A DNA stretch of 64,000 bases from Takakia lepidozioides. Lineage: Eukaryota > Plantae > Bryophyta. Made by a program: the position numbers and the translations under genes. The stretch is taken from positions 24,738,001 to 24,802,000 of the forward strand of contig CM060732.1 in assembly GCA_030704615.1 (NCBI GenBank), written 5' to 3'. Position 1 is the first letter of the stretch, and each line of letters begins with the position of its first letter. The notes below the pieces were generated by a model. It was given only the letters and a program-made list of their open reading frames with translations. It ran no database searches and was not told the DNA's origin. Of this stretch, positions 1-11,100 are shown in pieces.

Positions 1-524
1 ATCCACAGGATGCTTCAACTTATGTGCTCCTATCAAACATCTATGCTGCAGCTGGCAGGTGGGATGATACTGCGAAGGTGAGAAAAATGATGAAGGACAG
101 AGGGGTTAGAAAGGAGCCAGGTTGCTGCTGGATCGAGGTGGAGAGCCAGGTGCACACATTTGTTGTAGATGACAAGTCACATCCACAAATTGAGGATATC
201 TATGCTGAGCTTAAGACATTGGCGGGGCAGATGAAGGAGGCTGGTTACTTGCCTGACACACGGTTTGTATTGCGTGATGTCAAGGAGGGGCAAAAGACGT
301 TTTCGCTTTGCCACCACAGTGAGAAGCTCGCCATAGCTTTTGGGCTCCTCCGCACGTCTCCTGGAACACCTCTGCGTCTCCTCAAGAACCTTCGGGTGTG
401 TGGCGACTGCCACACTGCCACCAAGTTCATCTCGAAGATTGTAGGGCGAGAAATTGTTGTACGTGATGCAAACCGCTTTCATCACTTTCAAGATGGGTTT
501 TGCTCTTGTGGGGAGTATTGGTGA
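1..524 (+). CDS. PPR protein, E/E+/DYW (PG-type) C-terminus; organellar C-to-U RNA editing factor (5' partial)
   Basis: E-domain [16 protein letters not shown] box [10 protein letters not shown], deaminase signature HSEKLA...CGDCH, terminus [14 protein letters not shown]. The frame is open from the window start. Confidence 0.95.
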   Translation, partial: PQDASTYVLLSNIYAAAGRWDDTAKVRKMMKDRGVRKEPGCCWIEVESQVHTFVVDDKSHPQIEDIYAELKTLAGQMKEAGYLPDTRFVLRDVKEGQKTFSLCHHSEKLAIAFGLLRTSPGTPLRLLKNLRVCGDCHTATKFISKIVGREIVVRDANRFHHFQDGFCSCGEYW

Positions 525-1969
525 ACCAAGCAACATGCATGAAAGCCTCTCCTTAAGTCATTAGGATGGAGAAGACTAAAGCTTCTCCTGACATTGTAAA
601 CAAAGAAGAGCAAAAGAAAGGAGCAATCAGGACTGTTATGAGATGCATTCAGCTATCTTGTATCCTCACAATCTCCTTATCTTCCTTGTCAATTTGCAGA
701 AATTTAAATCGGTGAATTTGATTTGACCACCATGTAACACCATCCATTCTAATATAGTAGATATAAGCTATACTGCAGTTCTAGAGCTCATGGTCATGGT
801 GGAGTGTGCGTTCTCAATAAAATGTCTAGAAATTACCTTGAAGTTTTTCAGATTCATTATACAACTCATAACTTTTCATGCCTCTTAAAAACTGTTCGGA
901 CTTTCCTTTGCCAACTCAATATAATCATATAATCTTCAATTTTTAATTTTTACCATCTCAATTTTTTTTGAGGTGATAGCAGAGCAAGGTAGCTCACATT
1001 CTATATGGTCAGTTTTGTGGGATAGAGTAATTTCCAAAGTTGGTGCCCTTTTAGCGCCTTGAAGTAGAGTTTTGGAGCAAAAAACTGCTTGGACACTTGG
1101 GGGTTCCTATGTGTGACACGAAAAGGTGCCAGTGGAGAGAGAGTGTGAAGGCGCAGTCAACATGAATGAGAGCACTTCCCATTGTGACTACTGGCTCCGT
1201 TCAGGTTTGATGAGGAATCCAAAATATCACAATTAGTAAGTGTCATCCTTTGAAAGAGAAAGGGAACAAACTGGAGTCGACAAACAATATGCTATCATTG
1301 CAATAACTGAATGTGACCTTCCAAATCTTCGAAGGCAAATAATACATTTCTCACATATGCTAGTGCATGCCAATGAAAGAGACAAGACCTTCTTGACCTA
1401 TGACCAAGCAAGCCTCCTTTCCTGGAAAGTAACAACTAACACCAGATGACTGCAGATTGATACTTCAAAAAATAATTGGAAAGAGGATTGCCATTGCCAA
1501 AAATGGCTTTCAAAACAGTAGTAGCCACCACGCAAATTGATATGTACAGACTTCCATAAAGTGAGCCTATTAGCAATTATCAAGGTTGCAGAACCAGTGT
1601 TATGGCCCGAAAAAGACAAGCTTATACTGTCCCTACCACTGTCAGCTCCTTTTATCCAAATCACTACAGTAATAATGTGCCCTAACACTGCAAAGGTCTG
1701 TCTTCAGGCTACCTAGCATAACTGCACTACCAGTACTAGATATGATCCAATGTTGGGATGTGATGAGACGCAGAACTTCCAGCTATCAAAAACCATGACA
1801 TTGCCAACTTCCCCTGCCATTGAGAAGCTGAAAAAACCTGTCCAAGGATCTCTTTCAAGCTGCATGGCAATAAAGAATGAAGAGGGGTTGTTGTAGATAA
1901 AATTGGCAATGAGAAATAAGGGGACTTCCATGTTAAGTGGCCTACTTCCAGCATGTCGTGATCCACCTC

Positions 1970-4900
1970 TCATTCACATGCTAGCTTTGTATCAAAGCTG
2001 CTTAGACAAATTGCAAAGGCTTGGAAAGCTGATAAAGGGTAGCGGTAGTCCATTGTGAACATGTCCTTTCCAATCTTCCCAAACTGGAGTAAGACTTTGT
2101 CATGGTCGGTTTGAGAAACTGGTTGTGTGGGTTCAATGGCAGCCACCAACTGGAAATTTTTAACGGAGGCAACAGTGACCCTCCCACGGAAATTCAAGCA
2201 CCAACATTGCAGCTGCTCATGCCAACGGGGAGCCTTGTTCTTCAACACCAATGGACCATCCTTGGTAATAATTGGACTCTCGTACTCACAGTCAATAGTG
2301 CTGCAATCGGCAACTGCAGCTTTTGATCTTGGTGATGAGATGATGCTGGAGTGAGGGATTGAGATTTCATCAAGGGTGCCTGGAGTGAACTCAGTGGGTG
2401 TTGGAGCTGAGCCCCCTGATTCCATGGATGAAGCTGGGATGGTTGTGAGGGTGCATTGCATGCGCCGAGGGCCCCGTGTGCCAAGGACATTGAGTTCATA
2501 AGCTATGTGTGCAACATTATAACTTCCAGCCGGCACTCGAGGCGACACTTGCTTGGATCCAATTCGCCTGCCACCGCGATTGTTTGAGACCACCGCCCCG
2601 GTGTGTGGGGGTTGGCTATCATAGATTGTGAACTTCGTGCCCAGGAAATTGGACCTGCAATAATAATTGGATCTAACGAGGGATCATCTCTGCAAATCAA
2701 GAAACAAGTGATATGTGCCAAGAACTAACCCTACTTGATAATATATGACAAAGGCTGACATAATTAACAACCTTCACATGATAGTACACATTGACATTTC
2801 TCAAAATGTGAATTACCATGCAATTCAGGTCAGTTTCCATACCCTACATAGCCTGGACTGCATATCGACAATTCTCAATGACACTATTAGTGTCCAATTT
2901 CGGGGTGAGTTTCCACACCCTGATGGTCAAGACGGACCAAGCCCTCAAGAAAGCATCATAACCAGTGTATATCTTCTCACCAGTGCACACCAGAGGAATT
3001 GATACTAGCATTTGGTTCACTAAATAAAAACTCAAGAATACAAAGATTAGGGCATACTATACCGACTTCCAACGCTAATTGTTATGCCATACTACACAAA
3101 ATCTGTTATGGCTTTAAGTAGCGGTAGGCTCATATACCAGATTCATCAATTCACGACCTCAGGTTCCAACTACATTCTGAGGCAATACCTATCAAAAACT
3201 TTCCCCCCATATAACCGAGTAATGCCCATAGCAACTAGGCCTTAAATAATAATGCAACATTGTGTGCATTAGTGATTAAGATGAGTCCCAAGAGTAAGAA
3301 AATAGGAGAGATGAAACACAAAATCTTACCGTAATTTGCCCACATAGGTGTTGCTACCCCGTGACATGTCCTCAGCATTAAGTGAGATGATGTAATCAGT
3401 ACTGGTGGCCCGCCGGAATTTTCGAGCAGCCAACAAAAACTTCCCATTCTCAACTAGGGCTACACACAAATGAACTTGATTAGAAGACATACATATAACC
3501 AAAGCACACATCCATGAATGACTCTATTACAAAACACACATTTGCTAGAAGGAAATTCCCTACTAAAAGGGCCATGGTGCTCTTGTATCACAACTATTGA
3601 CTGTGGACACATACAAGAGAAATGGGTGAATAAATCCGAAATAAATTGAAACTGACGCACGATCAGTTCAAAGACCACTTTGCTGCACATCTCCAATATG
3701 ACAAATCCTCAAGACAAAAGTTTAAGCATAATCATTTTCAGAAACCAGTTGCTGTTCAAAACTGCCAGTTTTGCTGAGTAAACTCACAAACCATATCCAA
3801 CAGACAACACATAATCAATCAATAAGAGGAAGGTCCCAAATGGGCCAGGAACTTACTGGGAGGCAAGCCTAGAAAGAGCTGGTAAGTAGAAGTTGTTCTG
3901 TCCCGCTTTATGAAGCATTGCACTGTATTGTCTCGTGGTCCAGGCTGCAACCCCCAAACACATTCCCCCTTAATATTTCAATCGCCACTAATTCCCTAGT
4001 TGATGCATAATAGTCTTGGGGGACGTTTGAGTTCACATTCATGCCTGAATCGCCAAGTTATACTCTATACCAAAAGGACAAACACGGCTATAAAGACTCG
4101 TGTCTTGTGGTGTAGGCTGCAACCCCTAAAGCACCTCGTATTTCAATCATCACTGATCCCCTATCACACAATCCTAGAGGAGGTTTGATTTGATATCCAT
4201 GCCATCAATCTCACCAGTTAATACCCTCTTCCAAACTGATAACACCCCTAGAAAATCCTAAAACATGCAAGCTACATATAAGGGTGAATCAATCAAAGTG
4301 AAAAAAAAACTGTGGGAGACTTCAGGGTGAATCAAGGAGAGGCAGAAAGAGTGTCCACTTGAAACAACACAAACTCCCCATCAAATCACATTCACAAAAG
4401 TCAGGCGTTCTCAGGAGTTCTCAACCTTTTTCATATGTCTCAAGAACTCATCATATATGTAGGTACACTAATAACTCATACAGACATTAAGAGATAACCT
4501 AACAGATGTTGCCATCCATGCTAAAACATAAACTAGCAAACATAAGGTACTGACATTCGGGTGCCAATAATGTACCTCAGACAATTCAACTGTGGTGGAG
4601 ACAAGCTGCGACCACTCCCCACCAAACTCATTCGGTCCCAAGTGTGGTCGTAGATCACATAGGATACTATTTTCAAAATTCATAAGCATACCTTTACGAG
4701 CAAGAACTTAGGAGAGCAAGGAGTACATAGACCATACTAAGGAAAGATACTAATACGCTACTGAGATAGAAAGTTTAGGAGTAAGCCTATTTAGAAAATC
4801 GGCTATTCTAAGCGTGGAATATCCTAAAAAGTGAGACTAGAGGATTGGAAAAGACACTACTTGTATAAATTCCTTTTTGTTCATTCACCTCTTCCTTGTG

Positions 4901-5834
4901 TGACACTGTACATGTTTTGATGAGCTCATCAGAACAGTCAGCACATATGAACACATGAAGTAGCACCTAAAATTTCACTTTAGCTTGTCCTGAGAAAGTG
5001 TACAAGTGAGAAAAACTGCACAAAGAGGTATGCTGGTAGGGTAGCTGAAGGGACCTGCACCTTGCACATTTCCCTGATGTACCAGCTGGTCACTACTTAG
5101 ATGTTGAATATCCACAAAGTACCAGAAAAAATTAAGCCAATAAAAAATGTTACAACTACCAGACTTTACAAGCGCCGCTTGTCCCAAGGCTCTTTCCTCA
5201 TCTCCATCCTCCCTGACTGACATCCCAGACTACCAGCACAAACAACAACAATCAATGGAGCCCTCTCTCCTCTAAAGAGCCAAAACAGGTGTGTAGAAAG
5301 GAAGAAAAGCCCTCACCGTGTAGACCTGCTGCAAACCAGTCGCAGACTTCTACTATGGACATTCATATAATATACTGACAAATCCATTCAAAATGGAATC
5401 CTCCCACATTAAAGTGCTTCGAAATGAGAAGCTCTTACCTGTTTCAAAGAAATGGGGAATGTCAGCTTTCCTGATTGTTCAGGAGTCTTGACTAGCTCCT
5501 TGGTGATATCCCTCCAAGTGCTGCAAACTGCAGCACAAGCAACCACATGCTTGCGACCAGGCCAAACACTTTCACAAGACTCTAACCGTTGGATGACGTC
5601 TCTGAGAAGCTCAGGGGGCATGTTTGCCCATGAGTTCGGTTGTTGTGGTTGTAGAGCAGTATCCACCCTGAGCAGTGTTTCATCGAGCACCATTCCACTT
5701 GATCGACCTCTATGGTGGTGGGGAAACTTCAATTCAAAGCTCCTTCTCGAAATGCTCCCTATCCCGCCCTTCATTTCTTGAAACTCCCGTATCAAGCTCT
5801 TGAGGGGCATCAACGACTGCTTTTGACCCGACAT
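1970..5834 (-). CDS. Tubby-like F-box protein (TLP), 4 coding exons (5439-5834, ~3857-3944, 3330-3459, 1970-2654)
   Basis: F-box [13 protein letters not shown] and LTFPISLKQ|PGPRD..QCFIKR; Tub domain [85 protein letters not shown] junctions splice in frame. Confidence 0.95.
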
Positions 5835-8153
5835 GTTTTCTATCTGTAACTAGACGCCCATACACCAGGCACAAGGTCCTTCCGAACAAGTTTCCTCTCT
5901 TCTACAAGCTGTTTCCGACTTCGGCTCCAATGGAATGAAAAGTATGCTTAGGCTTGCATAATACCGCCTGTAAACAACGCAGCGTTCCTCAAACAAACCC
6001 GCCTACTTATACAAAACGTTGCGCAAACGCCAGACCATGGTCCCCCTAGCGATGAAACCTCAACTCCCACCCAATGTACCTGGGCTAGAGAGCAAGACAA
6101 AGCACCGAAACCCTCCTCCTTTCCAACATTGTCAAGCGTATACCCTTGTCCCATGCAACGCCAACAGCATATATCAGCATCTACAACAGAGTCCGTGATC
6201 GTACTAAGAAAAAGTCTCTGTGACGCATCTCCTACTCTTCACAGTCCAATCTCCCTCTTCTCGCCTTTGGATCTTCAGCTCCTACCCACCCTTCTGGTCG
6301 AATGCACTTCAGCGCAAACCTTCCTTCCAGGCTCACCAGCTTGTCTTCCCAAACGAGCTTCTCTGCTCCCGTGTGGAGATGAGACGCTTGATCAGCTATG
6401 AGAGACTCACCGTCATCAATGACCGTCAGACATTCGACACCTTCCGGTTCCGCATCCCTTCCAGTTCGGCCTACAAGATCTTTCTCGCCATCCCCAACAC
6501 AAACCAAGCATTCGACTTATCGGTGTCCCTACTTCTTCCTCACTGACATTGTTGACATTCTCTGCCGACTGTGATTCCATCGGAGCAGCGAATCTCAAGT
6601 CTACTTGCGGGAGCCATCACAGTAGTAAATCTCAAGCCTCCTTGCAGCTCTCTGATGTCTGTCACTCGGTACTGTGCATCCTCGATACTCCGCCGGGATC
6701 CGGGTCACAGCCCATCCCCTGGCAATCTGCCTAACCCTTACAGGACAGGGCAAAAGCAAAGTTGGAGAGGAACTGGAGAGGAACTGGAAGAGACCCAGCC
6801 AGCAAACCGGGTCAAACCCACTTGACCGCGTGACTGTCCACCTCCTCCGACCCCTCCCTCTCCCTTTCTCTGCGTCTCCCGAGTCTGCAGAGCTGTGCGT
6901 TTCCGCGTGGATCAGTCTTCGAACTGATCGCCTGCCGGATTACCTCACCCGACACGTCACTCTCTGCACTAGGTTAAGAGCTGCAACACGCTTTTAGTTT
7001 ACAGGGGCGAGAGGTTAGGAAGTTCATCTGTTATTAGCCGCGGATGGAGCTTCTATTGCTGGAGCATTTATCATTGATCTGCTTGGAGACTTGGAACTAA
7101 GCTAAACTTACATTGTGCATTTCTAGACTCTTGTTCGAGTTGGATATGGTGGCACTAGCATCATCGTTTGTGGTTTCTACTTGCATCCTTTGTAATGTGC
7201 ACAGGGGGAGGTTGACAAACTAGAGGCACTCCAACGGCGTGCATTTGGGTGTTAGCGGCACTCCCAGTGGCAATGTACAATGTACAATGTATGTGACTGT
7301 TACCTCGATCAGCACGTAATCATGGAGAGTGCAGACAGTCTGAGTGGAAAGTGGTTTGGGTTGCCAATGTGTTATGCATTTTGAAATCCTTTCGAAGTGT
7401 TAGATACTACCTTAGAATACCCAGCGCCTCCAATGTGAAGGCAAAGACTGACAGATGCAAACTTGATGAGGCAAGTATACAAGGCATATCAAACAGTAGT
7501 GTGGATAAAATGTACAAACTTCAAGCAGTACACGTGCCAATTGCGCAGAGCAATCCATCTTGAATCTCACCTGGCTGAGCGTGTTGGCATGCTTTTCCAC
7601 TGCAGCTGCATCACTAGCAATTAACTCTATCCAGTTCACCCATGGTTCCCAACACAATGCGAGGATTCCAACAAATGTAGTGTGACATAACTAACTTTCA
7701 AAAGTCACCCGACGTTGGCACCGAGAGGTCAGTAGTAGGGAGATTGGGAGGGGGAGGAGGACATAATCCTAGGCTGATGGGAGAATCCAAGCCCAGCTAC
7801 AATGTTGCAGCCACTGGTGCAGTGGAAGTTTTCAAAAACCCTTGTACAGCAAGAACTGCAGCTTGTTTCGATTCCAACTCCCTGTTCTTGATCGCACTGC
7901 AAGCAATCCAAATCAGAATGTCATGGTCTCTACATTGTTTGGTTTTTTATTTATCTCGTAAAAAGACTAAAAACAAACTGAAAATCAAGTCAAACATGCC
8001 AGTTAAGTTGGCTCCTGCTACACTCCATCATTGGCACAGCCTCCTTCAAAACTGTAAATCTTCTAACAATGTAACATCACCACTTACTACTTGAGCGCAA
8101 GAAAAGTGAAGATGTCTGCTTTTTGTATTTCCCATATTAAGCCTTTTGAGTCA

Positions 8154-11100
8154 CTACGTTGTGCTCATCCGATCAGGCTTGACTCTGGCACCTGAGCTAT
8201 AGTGACAAAAAACAAACAACATGTGCTGACTATTTGATGCAGAAAACAAAGCCCTTGTAAATTCATACCACTTCGATATAAACTTCTGATTGAAGATTGA
8301 TATTGTGTTCAAAACTTACCTGTGGCTTATGCTCGAAAATCTGTACATACTCGCAAATACAAGCAAATGGAGGCCAATGGAGTAGAAGAAGATGAAGGTC
8401 CGAGCATATCTGTCAAAAACATCCTTGTGTTATACTTTATGCCTGTGGTGGAATGGATGACACAAGGTATCCTTATTGGCAAGGCATTTTTGGAGAGCAC
8501 ACAGAGTCAAAAGTCTATTGTCAGAGCAAGTCTGAACATCAGATTCCAAACAAGTGAACTACATGAGAGAATTGCCTCAAAAATTGAGCATGAGCCAATG
8601 TTGATTTCAGAAGGAAACACAAATGTTGGCTTAGTATGGTCTCAGCAGTCACATCAGGTGTTTAGAGGCTGGTGGGGGCAGACTCAAGGCATTTTCCTGT
8701 AATGTTCAGAGGACAACGAACTACTGTGCTCCAATCATTGGGTTGCCAGGCAGCAGGTGCCTGGGCTGGAAACATATAAGAGATCTGGGCAGCAGGATGT
8801 ACTTTATCGAAACAGGGAAGTTTCCTGGAAAATGCATACTTATGTAGTGGGTACGGGGTATCACATTTCTGTGACTTTGATGATGATCAAAGCCTGCACT
8901 GCCAGAACTGTTCCACAGCTGTGTGTCCAATCACGTGGAGACAGACAATTTGAAGTGTGTTTAGCATATAGAAATAGACCATTTCTTTCGAGCCAGGTTA
9001 CCAAGGACTTCTTTTCTTACAAGGACACAGCAGGGACCTTACTTGTTTCCAAGGAGAAAGCGACCACTGGTGAGCGTAATTTTGTCGCGAATTCCAAGCT
9101 CCTTATATCTACGCTCCTTTTCCTGTATCACAACAACAAATACAATTCCAGAAAGCAACACAGGATTTCGCAGCAAGCATTTCAGCTATCTATAGATCAT
9201 CTACAAGATGAACATGTACTAAAATGTACAGCAAGTAACACAATCTGCAACAGACAGAGACAGACCTTCTTAGAGAAAGCAGTGAAAGGATTGATGTCAT
9301 CTTCATAGATCTTCTTGTACTTGGTCTCTACGTCAGCCCCCATCCCTGTTTCCAAATCATCACCACGCTGCCCACACACCACCAGAAAAGACGCTTCAAA
9401 CTTTGGTGCAGAGTCCAGGGCAAATGGCCTAGACCAATTCTTAGATGGTATGGGTGAAAAAGTCTCTCCCTCTCTCTCTATCAACTCTCTTAGTGAAAAG
9501 AAGCTTTTCTCTCTGACTTCAGAAATCTTTATCATTACTTCTCTATGAAATGAAGGGCTCTGAAGCCTGGCATTCCCCATTTTACCACTAAAATTGTTTA
9601 TTGTGGTTCTGATGGGATGGGGCCAGGTGATGTCTCTTCACCTTTCTGACTGCTAAAGGGGTTAATGGTTACTAAGAGAGTGAAGGCGGCTGCCTTTCTT
9701 CACTGCATTGCTGCATACTCATGGATAACGTCGAGTTACTTCCAGGCAAAAATGAGGAACTAGTGGTTTGCTGATATTTCTAAGTAAGGAGAAGGTACTT
9801 CTAAGTAGAAAGGTGTGGCCAAATCTTACTGATGTCATATAAGATCTATGGCAGCCCTTGTTTTGATTCTTGTTATGAGCTAGTTCAGAAAACAGACCTA
9901 AAAACCAGTGTTTTGGGGACTACGAATCTGAACAACGAGAACAATGAGACTTCTCTTTAGTACGTTTGTGGATCTCTCCAAAGGTAGACATACACCATGT
10001 TGTGGTGCTTGCTACCTGTTAAGATCTGATTCCTTAGGACAAAAGGGGTGTAGATGTCTTAACACCCTTTTTGACCCTACAGAGGAATCTGACTTGACCT
10101 TGACATGGTTTCTAAGGAGTACATCAAAGTAGCCTCCTTTGTTATGTCATGACTGGCATTTGCCAGCAGTAATCACATCATAATAGACTTAGACTCGATG
10201 ATGGTCTTTGTATCTATCATGACAAGTGATGTCTCTCTATCAACTCTCTCACCTCTGTTCACCAACTTTCAAAACCTTGAGGCTGAACCGAAAGCCTGGC
10301 CCTGTTTGGGCAGCTCACACACAGCAAGTTGATGCCCTGGGGAGCATTTGGGATTTCTTTTATACCCTCTTTTGCTTTCTACTGTCACATGGGCCTGTCT
10401 TCTTCTTCCCGCAAGGGCAAGGGCTACAGAGGTTCCGGGATTTGGTACCTGGGTGGATCATAACCCTAACACCAGCTGTGTCCTCAGGTGTCTGTCATAG
10501 CAAATATGCTCAGGCTATCAAAGAGTCTGTTTCCATGGGTAATTGAGAGAACAGCCCACCCTGAACAAGAGGACACTGCACAGCCAATACAAACAAGAAA
10601 CAAACACAAAGAGATCATGAGTACCAAACCATGAAACCTCTAATCAAACAAAACTGACCTTTTTCGGGCCTCGAGGGACCGGTCGCTCCTTAGTGTAGTC
10701 CTGTACGTAGCGTATCTTCTCATACAATTTGACATTGTCAGCTTTGCTGCGCTCCAGCTCTGCTGTCAATACTTGACACTTGTCTCTGGCCACACTCAGC
10801 TCCTGAGAAACCAATCAGATACATGAGTCAATTCGCCTGTTCTGCCCTCTTTCTGTCTGAATATTCCCCAGTTTATTCGTGCTCCCCATTTTTTCCTCTC
10901 AGACTGTGCATTCACACCTGGCAAAAGGAGAAAAGGACACGAAGATACTTGAAAGGGTTTCCGCCCAATTGCAGACCTATACCGTGAAACATTCCAGAGC
11001 ATGTGAGTGGCATGATGGGACAGAGAATTAGGCTTTGTCTCTGCTTATGCCTCATCACATCCATCAGCAGGGTCCACGCCTAAACAGGGTAGTTCAAGTG

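Noticed and set aside
8322-9308. Plus-strand ORFs of 126 and 183 aa
   Set aside because: Antisense to CASP exons and introns, with non-ATG starts and no recognisable product.
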